Origin: an uncultured virus (IMG/VR IMGVR_UViG_3300027212_000008)
Taxonomy: Duplodnaviria; Heunggongvirae; Uroviricota; Caudoviricetes; Crassvirales
IMG/VR virus record: IMGVR_UViG_3300027212_000008
DNA length: 64,000 nt
Reading direction: 5' to 3' (one strand)
Part shown: in pieces, positions 1-9,214 of the stretch
Layout of the letters: each line of letters begins with the position of its first letter
Numbering within the stretch: position 1 is the first letter of the stretch
Program-made: the position numbers and the translations under genes
Notes under the pieces: generated by a model
What the model saw: only the letters and a program-made list of their open reading frames with translations
What the model was told of the DNA's origin: nothing
The model's database searches: none

Positions 1-3000
1 TTGAGGAAGGTATTCCATATATGTTAGTACCTTCTGCTTATGGATTATTTCCTATGCAGATGAAGTCTCATGCTATCAAAGATACTACTGCATTTCCTTT
101 ATTAAAAAATGCTGTCAAAGCGTTACAAACATCTCCAGACATTGCAAAATTTGAGAGTAATAGAAGAAGTATAGAAAAGTTACTTTATCAAACTACCGTT
201 AATATGAAGGACGGTAAATTTGTAGTAACTCGCATTGACCCTAAAACAAAGAAACCTATAGTTTCTACTTTTAGCACAGCTGAAGAAACTAGTGCTTATC
301 TAGGCAATCTACTTTATAGATGTGACTATGAAAAGATAAACTCTATGTATCTAGGAGAAGACTATAATAGCAAGTTAGCTAAAGTAGGAGCAATCTCTAC
401 AGATTTATTTAGTGAGGACGGTAACTTTTTTAACTCTAGTTCTTTTGTTATAGAAGCTTATCAACTTTCTGAGGAAGATAAACGTACTATGCAAATAGTG
501 CTGGAAAAAGAAATGCCTAATACAGAGGCTACTATAACTTTTTCTGAAGCAGTTGCTGCTAATAAAACAGCTGCTCCTAAATCTACTAGTAATAAGAAAG
601 ATGAGGGGCCTATATTTAATACTCCAATGGATGAGGTAAATGCGGCAATGCAAGCAGTTGATGGTCAAATTATTCATGATATCGAAATAGGTAATAGTAG
701 CTATCCTACAGCAAGAGTAATTGCTTCTGTTAAAGACGGGGTAGTTTCTATAGAGTCTATACAAATGATTAAAAAGACTAGAGTAAAAAATGCTAATGAT
801 AGAATTGCTGTTTCCCCTGCTACAATAACTAGTACAGAAAAAAATAATATTACTAAAAAATTCTTTGCACTGCCTAATGTTATTGCTGCAAAAAAAGTAG
901 CGCAAGCACCTACAGCTCCAGCAACTACTAATTGGGCCTCTCTTGTTGCAGCGGCAACTTCTGGGGGAGAGTTAGATACTATTATAGATCAAATGGATAG
1001 AGCAGGTGTTAAACCTTCTCCTGATTTATTTATGGAAATTTCTGTACAAAGAGAAGTACTTCCTAAAGCAACTCCTACATCTACAGCAGGTTCTGTTATT
1101 AAAAATGCCGTTCAACAAATGGCAGATATGGGAATGACTGAAAGAATGGAAGAAGCTCCTGCTGCTGAAGAATTAGATACTTTAACAGACATGATTGCTA
1201 ATTCTAAAGTAATTGTAGCAGAAGATCCTACAGCCACTACAGAAGAAGCTACCCCAGAAGATTTTGGGAATATGTTTGACGATGACGTAGACTTAACAGG
1301 TAAATCTTTAGAAGATGACCCTGATGCAGATAAAGTTGCTTTTAGATTAACTCCTAAAGTTGATGGAACTAAATGGAATAGACAAGAAGAACTAGATAAA
1401 TTAAAAGAAATAATTGGTAATAAAAATAAAAAGCAAAAAGGTAAAATAAGAATCTTTAAGAATATTGAAGATTTACAAAATTATCTACCTGCAGAAACTT
1501 ACGAGATGCTTTTAGAAGCTCGTAGAAACGGTAAAGAACTTCACGGAGTATTTACAGAAGCTGCGTTGTATCTAAGCGCTAATGCTGATGCAGGTACTAC
1601 TTACCACGAAGCTTTTCATATTATTTTTACACTTGCTCTACCTTTAGAAACTAGAGTTAGGATTTTAAATGAGGCATTAGAAAAGTATGCTGATGAATTG
1701 CCTTTAGTAAAGTTCAAGAATAAAAAAGGAGAAGAAGAATTAAGATTCCCTACTTTCATAGAAATAGAAGAATTACTTGCTGATAAGTTTATGGACTATG
1801 TTCAAGCTAAAGGTAAAGTAGATTTTTCTGATTTTAATCTTGCAACAGGCGTTAGTGAAATTGCTAAAACTTTTAAAGGATTATATAGAATGCTGGAAGT
1901 ATTTTACAATCCAGGAAGAAGAATTGACATAGACCAATTATTTGAAGATATTAATTTAGGGGTATACAAACACTCTGTCAATTTCAAGAATACTACTCTT
2001 CCTACTCAAATTAAATTTAGACAAACTGATTATAAATACGATAATGGAGAAGAAGAACGTCAATCTTTTGTGTATATGCAAACTAGAATGGACGATATCT
2101 TCAATGTTTATCGAGGAAAAAGTATAGAAAATGAACTAAAAACTGAGAGAGAAATCATCAGTGAAATGGGTGTAGATATGTTCTATACGTTACTTTTAAG
2201 TAACATCTATGCAGATGCTAAGTTGAACAAAAATAACAGTGCAGGCCCTTATATAATGAAGTTGTATTCTGTATTAACTAATAAAGGAGAAGCAGCTTCT
2301 ACAGTTGAGATAGATGGCCAAGTTCTTAAGCAGTTTAACAGACCTACAGATTTACTAGAAAGATTCAATCATTCCTTAGTTTATCGAGGACTTCATATGA
2401 ATTATAAAGGAGTAACTCTTACTAAAAATAATTTATTAGAAGATGATGTTGACCCAATGGAAACTAACGAGGAAAACACAAAGGCCGAAGCATGGATGAA
2501 AGGGAGTATAGAAATGGACCCTAGAGATAGCATGAGTCAAAGACTTAAAAGTTTCTTTGCTACTATTCCTAAATTTACTTCTAGTAGAAAAAATGCTAAA
2601 CCATTAATGAATTCTTTTAACGTACAAGAAACTGAAAATTCCAATGAAGTATTTGGTTATTTAATTTCTCGTATTTCAGGTAGTACTTCTTCTGTGGAAT
2701 CGATGATGGATAAATTGCATGCATTAAGTAGCAAAAAGCCTTATATCAATCACATTATTAATAAGTTAAACCAAGACCCAATTCTTAAAACAGAATTATG
2801 GTTAGCTATAGGACAAAAACATTATGCTACTTTCTCTTTTGCTTATGAAAAAAATGGAGAATATACTATTGTAAATTCTAATAGAAAATCTGTAGAAAAT
2901 ATAATTAGAGATACTTTAATTGGAGAATTTTTAGTTCAAGGTAACCCTTTATTTAATAAAGATAAAACTGGAAAAACTAATTTTGAAGATATTAATCATG

Positions 3001-6000
3001 AAAAAGTAGATGAATTAAATGAAGCATTAAATATTAAAAAGGTGCAAGGAGTTGCTATTTCAAATGCTACAGATAAAAAAGCAGCAGCAGCATTATTTTT
3101 TAAAACTTTAGAAGAAACTTTAAAAAAGGCAAATATTAATATTAGCGCAGACGACATAGAAACTATTTGGAATCCTGAATCAGGTAACGCTTCTTGGAAA
3201 AATGTAGAAAATTTAATAGATACTTTAATTAAAATTACAGAAGAATTAGCTACAGATAAGAATCCTTTCTTAGCAATGAAACCTGATGAGGACGTTGTTA
3301 ATCCAAAAATTAAAGGAAATAAAAACTCTATTGAAAAATTAGGTAGATTACTACAACCTGCATTAGAAAGAGAAGTAGTATCTGTCTTTAGAAATATAGA
3401 AGGTAAAACTGTATATAACTTAATGCTTGCTAATTTCTTAAGCAAACAAGTTGATAAATTTAAAGACCCACAATTACTTCAAGAATACCTAGAAGAAGTT
3501 TCAGAAGATACTTTGATAAGTAAATTGCCGTTCCTAAAGGATTTAGCTAACGATGATTCTGATGTTAATGGTTTACTAGAAATTTCTATACTAGACGGTT
3601 TGGCTAGAAAAGGTAAAAAGAAATCAGTAAGTTACGGAGATATGTCAGACATTGAAATGACTGCTGTAGAATTAGCTATGTTTTATAACTCTGCTGATAA
3701 AAAAGGAGTTAGTCGTTTTAAATTACCTATTCCTTCAAACTCAACTACTCTACCTTTTATAACTTCAAGACGTCACTCTAAAGAAGAAATAATAGACAGA
3801 CTAGTAGATACTGCAAGAGCAGAGTTCTCTAGAATTATTAAGATAAAAAATAGTAAAGGAACAGACTTAGCTCTTGTTCCCAACTATATGGAAAGAGGTA
3901 TTAAGTATCAAATATTATCTTTTTTAGCTAATACTTTAGATACATCTAAAGGATTTAATGAGGGAATAGTAAAAGCAGAAGTTACTAAGTTTTTAGAAGG
4001 TAAATTCTTAACTGATCATATTGCAGCTTATAAAACTAAAGGAATTATCAAAAGCGTAAATCCTACTACAGGTGAGATAACATTTGCAGATAAATTAATT
4101 TCTGCCAAAGTAGCAAATAAAACAGAATTCTTTTTAGACTATTTATATAATACTTATTATATGAATACGCAGTTGACTACTCTATTAGGAGGAGACCCTG
4201 CTTTTTATAAGAACACTGTAAATTATCAAAAAAGATATAAGCAGGTAATGAGTCCAGGTACTTACACAAATACCGAAGACATAGCTGATACCTACGGAGC
4301 TATTATCTTAAATGATGAAGAATTACCTAGTGCAAAAGAAGTAGTTGATAATATAACAGAAATACTAAAAAGCTCTAATCTTCCTAAAGAAGAAGTAGCT
4401 GAATTAGTAGCTTTATGGAAAACTAAGAAACACAATCTTACTGATGGTGCTACTATTATTAGTGTTCATAGAAAAAAACAACAACTAGAAGGATTAGAAA
4501 GATGGACTCCTGAGCATGAAGAAGCATACCAAAGAGAAGTAGCAGGGCTTCCTGCTATGCCTAATGCATTAAATCTTTTCTCTCCAGAAAAACCTTTTAT
4601 CTTTTCTCAAAGAATCGTAGAAGGTACAGTAGTTCCTTTTCAAGGTAAAAACTCTGAAGTAACTCTTACTAGAGCTCTTGCTTATAAAACTGATGAAGCA
4701 GGTAATATCAAGTTTCCTAAATTAGCAGCTTTGTACGATGTATTAATGGAAGGTATAGAAGACGAAGACGGTAATATTAAAGAAGTAGGGGCAGCTATGT
4801 TTGAATCTGCTATAAAAGTAGGAGCAATAGGAAATAGTGTTGACGCTAAAGGAAAGGTAAGATTTACTGACTTTAATAAACAAAAAGACGGTACTTATAA
4901 AATATCCCCAGGAGCACAAGTAATATCTCTTAAAACAGAGGAATGGAGATTGCAGCAAGAAACTCCTGAACACTTTATTGATGCAGAAAGTAACTTTGGT
5001 ACTCAGTTAAGAAATCTTGCTATTGGAGATATGGATCTTGAAGGTACTTATACTGTCAATGGTAAAGATATGAAGGGCTACGAAGTAGCTAAATTGTATC
5101 AAGAATTAATTGCTGAAGATTTAAAAGCTTCTTTTGAAGAGTTAAAAGAAGTATTTGAAAATGAAGACGGTACTATAAACTACGAACGTTTAGCAGAAAT
5201 GCTGAGAAAAGAAGTTATTAGTAGAGATATGGGGCAAGAGTATTTAGATGCCCTAGAACCTATTCAAAAGATCGTAGATGGTAAAGAAACTATTACTACT
5301 ACTCTTCCGCTGTACCACCCACTTATTGCTTATAAGATGGGTGCAGTATTAAATTCATTCTTTAAGAACAGAGTTACTAAGCAAAAGATTGCAGGTGGAG
5401 CAGTAGTCAATGCTTCTTCTTTTGGAGTAGATGAAAGTCTTAAATTTGAAGTAGATAAAAAGCTTGGTAAAATTACTTTAGAAGCAATGATGCCTTGGAC
5501 TTCTAGAAAGTATTTTCCTTTAGATGCTAATGGAGAAGTAGATATAGAAGCTATTAAAAAAGCTTCGCCTGAATTACTCCAAATTATTGGATATAGAATT
5601 CCTAACGAAGATAAATATTCCTCTTTTAATATTAGAATAGTAGGGTTTACTCCAGAAGCAATGGGGGGTATGATGATGCTACCTAAAGAAGTAACTACTT
5701 TGGCAGGTCTGGATTTTGATATTGATAAGATGTATATGATGGCTAGGTCTTTCTATGTAGATAAACAAGGAAAACCTAAGTATATTAAGTACATAGACAA
5801 AGTAGAAACTGAGGAACAAGCACAAGAACTTGCTAAAAATATTTTTACTAATTTTCAAGATTATAAAAGATTTGTAAATAAAAATGTAGATGCCAAAAAC
5901 ATAGCTAAAATGTTAGAAGGCCGTACAGAATTATTAGATAAATTAGCTCTTGACCCTGTTATAATGGCAGATAAAGAAGAACTTAGTAAATCTATTAAAG

Positions 6001-9000
6001 AAATAAAAGAAGAGAAAAAAGCTGCTATTAAACTTCACGGAGCTGATAGTAAATTTGTACAATATATTCAAGATAGTTTAGACGAATTATACAAAGCACT
6101 TTCTGATGCAGTTCCTTTTAATGAAGTAGAGACTCCTTTAACAGCTAAACACCAAGAAGCAATTGACTTTATTGCTAAGAAATTATTGTCAGAAAACTTT
6201 AATGCTATAGAATTTAACTCTTCTAAAGCTAGAGATAATAAAAAACTAGAAATACTTCAAGGTATTTTTGAGAATAAGAACACTGCGCTGTCTATACTTA
6301 ACCCTGGAAACTTTGATTCTCTTAAAGAAGGAGCTGCTAGAATTAGATTATTACAAGCAGGTAAAACTGTAACTGGATTATCTAAGACAGAATTAATTAA
6401 AAATGCAGAGGAACTAGATAACGAAGAAGACTTTAATATTAACTATCCATCTACGCAGTTAGAGTTATTCAGAAGAAATATGACGGGTAACCAATTGATT
6501 GGTATTTTTGCTAATCATAATACTCACCATGCTAAAGCTCAATATACAGATTTGCAGTTGAAAGATCCTATTTCATTTAATGGAGAGCAGTTTTATTTAT
6601 TAAATCAAATTACTAATAATAAAGGAGTTCGTATTTCTAAATCTCTGGCTACTGATTTAGCAGCTGTAGTAGACACAGCAAGTGATCCATTAGCTTCTTT
6701 CTTGAACATGAATACTTTTACTGCTAATACTCAAGCGTTGCTAGAGAGATTAGGAGTAGATAATAGAACAGTTTTTGCATTATTAAACCAACCTATTATA
6801 ATAGAATTAACTCAAGCATACTTTAACGATAAAGGAGGTCTAGCTGATGAAAAACAATTTAGAGAAATACAGGCTAAATGGAAGAAAAAACTAGAGGATA
6901 AATTAGAAAATGCAGATATTAAAGTAGAGGATTTACTTAAAGACCTTGATTTTTCTACAAAAGAATTAGAAGATTCTGTCTATCCTAGTGGAACTTTAGA
7001 TTATTACAAAGTTCAATATAGAGCTATTGCTGCTTTCCAACAATACTACACAATAGCAACTGAACTAGGAGTAGGTATTCAAGCGGCTAAAGCAGATACA
7101 ACGGGAGTAGGACCCTCAAATGCCAATAACTATACTACTATTAACAAACAAACTAAATTAAGTAGAAAAGTTGAAGCAGGTAGTAATACTATTATAGGAT
7201 TAGAAGAAGTATATAAAACAGGTACTCGCCAAACGATGATGGCTGCCTTTAATAAATACGGTCTAGAAGGTCCTATAACTATACTCAATAAAATATTCCC
7301 ATCAATTGGGTCTATAAATGAGGACGGAGTATTAACCTACTCTTCCCTAGGGGAATTAAAGAATTGGTTTAGTGATCAAAAAGGAGATTTTTCTACATTA
7401 ACAGAGAAAGAAGCTCAGATGGTAGATATTAATTATATCAACTTTATCGCAAGTGGATTCCCGTTCTTTGACTATAGCCAGAGTAAAGATATTTTAACTA
7501 ATCTACCTGACTCTTTAGTAGCATTTAAGAAAACTCTACCTAAGAATTCACCATTTATTCCTCTATTAGACTCTCTTTATGTAGTAGATGGAGATGCTAA
7601 TTCTTCTGTTAGAAGAATAGAATTTTATACTACAGGTAAAAAACCTTTAGATTTTCAAAGAGCTACAGAAGCTTGGGAAAGAATGTTAACAGATAAAGAC
7701 CCTGCTATTAAAGAAATGGCTCTTAAGTTAGTGCAATATACTTTCTTCTCTGCAGGTTACGGATTCGGTCCTTTTACTTTCTCTAACATAGTTCCAGTTA
7801 AATTCTGGTCAGATAGTTACCAAGTAGATAACGGTATTGTAGATACTAAAGGAAGACCTTTTAATGATTTCCTTGCCGATGCTTTATACTCAGATTTTCT
7901 AAAGAATGACGAAGCTAGGTCAAATAGATTTAAGAGGCAATTTATGCAGAACCATGCAGATAGAGAGCAATTTACTAAATCTGTTAAAGTAGATGTAAAT
8001 AAAATATTTACTCCTAAAGCAGGAAGAACTGCAGAGCAAATGGACTACGACACTACAATGGCTGCTAGAAATGATAAAGGAGGTGTTATAGTAACTACTA
8101 AAGGAAACTTAATAGTTAACCGAGATAAAAATCCTCAGCTATTTCCTTTTGGTAAAAAAGCTGCTCCAATGAAATACATTAAAGTCTACAATAAAACAGG
8201 AGGAGGATATAGACTTTTTGAATATAAAGAAACAGCATTTGACCAAAAGAATAATGATTTATATGAAGGCAGGAATAAAATAGATACAGTTACGTATTTC
8301 CCTATTAATACTTTAGGAACATCTAACTTTGTATTAGAGTTTAATTTCTATGACGATATTAATGAAACTGCTGTACCTAAAAAGAAAAAGGGTGTAGCTA
8401 AAGGTCCTATAGCATATATGGAAGCAGAAATGGATAAATTATCAGATGATGCTATGATGTCAGGAATAGAACAAGATGCCCTGCAAGATTTAAGTTCTTT
8501 GAAACCTACTGTTGCTCCAACTACTCAATCATCTACTAGTGTTAAACCCACAATAAATACATCAAGACAATGGAGAGGTGATTTAGAGTCAAGAGCTGTT
8601 TATACTGCAGAAGGAGTTAATACTATGAGATCTTCTGCAGCTAATGCTATAGAAAATTTTGGTAATCCTTTTAGTGAAGCTGGATATGGAGGCACTATAA
8701 AAGTTGCTAGTATTGGAGAAGCAGTTATAGCATATAAAGAATGGTTGTTAGGTACTAAGCATCAAGATGTTAAACCACAACAAAGAAACTGGATACTTGA
8801 TCAAATCAATCAAGGTAAACTTGATGGAGTTACATTACTATATGCTGGTAAATCTGAAGCTAGAGGTCAAGGTATGCATCCTACAGCATTAGCTGAAGTA
8901 GTAGAACAATTAAGAAGTACTCAACCATCTACTAGTGTTAAACCATTAAGTCTAGCAGATATGGCAGATACAGGACTTTCAGAGAAGCAAGAAGGCACTG

Positions 9001-9212
9001 CTTCTGCAACACCAAAAACACTTACACTTGCTCAAATGGCTGATGTAAATGCAAAAGAACCTATGGGATTATTTGAAAAATTAGAATCAAATGATTTTGA
9101 AGAATACACTAGAGCTGGAGGTACAGAGTTAAGTAAAAAAGATTTCTTATCTTTAAGCCGTCAAGAGCAAGCTAATGCAATATATCAAGCTAAAAATTGT
9201 AAAAACGGTTAA
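1..9212 (+). CDS. Giant virion-packaged RNA polymerase of crAss-like phages (5' end lies outside the window)
   Basis: Frame is open upstream of the ATG at 21. YRIP motif and catalytic LDFDIDK (DFDID at 5712-5726). N-terminal zincin motif YHEAFH (1605-1619) with downstream EELLAD. Size over 3000 aa. Confidence 0.93.
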   Translation, partial: EEGIPYMLVPSAYGLFPMQMKSHAIKDTTAFPLLKNAVKALQTSPDIAKFESNRRSIEKLLYQTTVNMKDGKFVVTRIDPKTKKPIVSTFSTAEETSAYLGNLLYRCDYEKINSMYLGEDYNSKLAKVGAISTDLFSEDGNFFNSSSFVIEAYQLSEEDKRTMQIVLEKEMPNTEATITFSEAVAANKTAAPKSTSNKKDEGPIFNTPMDEVNAAMQAVDGQIIHDIEIGNSSYPTARVIASVKDGVVSIESIQMIKKTRVKNANDRIAVSPATITSTEKNNITKKFFALPNVIAAKKVAQAPTAPATTNWASLVAAATSGGELDTIIDQMDRAGVKPSPDLFMEISVQREVLPKATPTSTAGSVIKNAVQQMADMGMTERMEEAPAAEELDTLTDMIANSKVIVAEDPTATTEEATPEDFGNMFDDDVDLTGKSLEDDPDADKVAFRLTPKVDGTKWNRQEELDKLKEIIGNKNKKQKGKIRIFKNIEDLQNYLPAETYEMLLEARRNGKELHGVFTEAALYLSANADAGTTYHEAFHIIFTLALPLETRVRILNEALEKYADELPLVKFKNKKGEEELRFPTFIEIEELLADKFMDYVQAKGKVDFSDFNLATGVSEIAKTFKGLYRMLEVFYNPGRRIDIDQLFEDINLGVYKHSVNFKNTTLPTQIKFRQTDYKYDNGEEERQSFVYMQTRMDDIFNVYRGKSIENELKTEREIISEMGVDMFYTLLLSNIYADAKLNKNNSAGPYIMKLYSVLTNKGEAASTVEIDGQVLKQFNRPTDLLERFNHSLVYRGLHMNYKGVTLTKNNLLEDDVDPMETNEENTKAEAWMKGSIEMDPRDSMSQRLKSFFATIPKFTSSRKNAKPLMNSFNVQETENSNEVFGYLISRISGSTSSVESMMDKLHALSSKKPYINHIINKLNQDPILKTELWLAIGQKHYATFSFAYEKNGEYTIVNSNRKSVENIIRDTLIGEFLVQGNPLFNKDKTGKTNFEDINHEKVDELNEALNIKKVQGVAISNATDKKAAAALFFKTLEETLKKANINISADDIETIWNPESGNASWKNVENLIDTLIKITEELATDKNPFLAMKPDEDVVNPKIKGNKNSIEKLGRLLQPALEREVVSVFRNIEGKTVYNLMLANFLSKQVDKFKDPQLLQEYLEEVSEDTLISKLPFLKDLANDDSDVNGLLEISILDGLARKGKKKSVSYGDMSDIEMTAVELAMFYNSADKKGVSRFKLPIPSNSTTLPFITSRRHSKEEIIDRLVDTARAEFSRIIKIKNSKGTDLALVPNYMERGIKYQILSFLANTLDTSKGFNEGIVKAEVTKFLEGKFLTDHIAAYKTKGIIKSVNPTTGEITFADKLISAKVANKTEFFLDYLYNTYYMNTQLTTLLGGDPAFYKNTVNYQKRYKQVMSPGTYTNTEDIADTYGAIILNDEELPSAKEVVDNITEILKSSNLPKEEVAELVALWKTKKHNLTDGATIISVHRKKQQLEGLERWTPEHEEAYQREVAGLPAMPNALNLFSPEKPFIFSQRIVEGTVVPFQGKNSEVTLTRALAYKTDEAGNIKFPKLAALYDVLMEGIEDEDGNIKEVGAAMFESAIKVGAIGNSVDAKGKVRFTDFNKQKDGTYKISPGAQVISLKTEEWRLQQETPEHFIDAESNFGTQLRNLAIGDMDLEGTYTVNGKDMKGYEVAKLYQELIAEDLKASFEELKEVFENEDGTINYERLAEMLRKEVISRDMGQEYLDALEPIQKIVDGKETITTTLPLYHPLIAYKMGAVLNSFFKNRVTKQKIAGGAVVNASSFGVDESLKFEVDKKLGKITLEAMMPWTSRKYFPLDANGEVDIEAIKKASPELLQIIGYRIPNEDKYSSFNIRIVGFTPEAMGGMMMLPKEVTTLAGLDFDIDKMYMMARSFYVDKQGKPKYIKYIDKVETEEQAQELAKNIFTNFQDYKRFVNKNVDAKNIAKMLEGRTELLDKLALDPVIMADKEELSKSIKEIKEEKKAAIKLHGADSKFVQYIQDSLDELYKALSDAVPFNEVETPLTAKHQEAIDFIAKKLLSENFNAIEFNSSKARDNKKLEILQGIFENKNTALSILNPGNFDSLKEGAARIRLLQAGKTVTGLSKTELIKNAEELDNEEDFNINYPSTQLELFRRNMTGNQLIGIFANHNTHHAKAQYTDLQLKDPISFNGEQFYLLNQITNNKGVRISKSLATDLAAVVDTASDPLASFLNMNTFTANTQALLERLGVDNRTVFALLNQPIIIELTQAYFNDKGGLADEKQFREIQAKWKKKLEDKLENADIKVEDLLKDLDFSTKELEDSVYPSGTLDYYKVQYRAIAAFQQYYTIATELGVGIQAAKADTTGVGPSNANNYTTINKQTKLSRKVEAGSNTIIGLEEVYKTGTRQTMMAAFNKYGLEGPITILNKIFPSIGSINEDGVLTYSSLGELKNWFSDQKGDFSTLTEKEAQMVDINYINFIASGFPFFDYSQSKDILTNLPDSLVAFKKTLPKNSPFIPLLDSLYVVDGDANSSVRRIEFYTTGKKPLDFQRATEAWERMLTDKDPAIKEMALKLVQYTFFSAGYGFGPFTFSNIVPVKFWSDSYQVDNGIVDTKGRPFNDFLADALYSDFLKNDEARSNRFKRQFMQNHADREQFTKSVKVDVNKIFTPKAGRTAEQMDYDTTMAARNDKGGVIVTTKGNLIVNRDKNPQLFPFGKKAAPMKYIKVYNKTGGGYRLFEYKETAFDQKNNDLYEGRNKIDTVTYFPINTLGTSNFVLEFNFYDDINETAVPKKKKGVAKGPIAYMEAEMDKLSDDAMMSGIEQDALQDLSSLKPTVAPTTQSSTSVKPTINTSRQWRGDLESRAVYTAEGVNTMRSSAANAIENFGNPFSEAGYGGTIKVASIGEAVIAYKEWLLGTKHQDVKPQQRNWILDQINQGKLDGVTLLYAGKSEARGQGMHPTALAEVVEQLRSTQPSTSVKPLSLADMADTGLSEKQEGTASATPKTLTLAQMADVNAKEPMGLFEKLESNDFEEYTRAGGTELSKKDFLSLSRQEQANAIYQAKNCKNG
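8522..8944 (+). repeat. 27-bp direct repeat pair flanking a domain inside the RNAP C-terminus
   Basis: tactcaatcatctactagtgttaaacc (8522-8548) and tactcaaccatctactagtgttaaacc (8918-8944), 1 mismatch; encode TQSSTSVKP and TQPSTSVKP. Confidence 0.9.
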
Positions 9213-9214
9213 TT

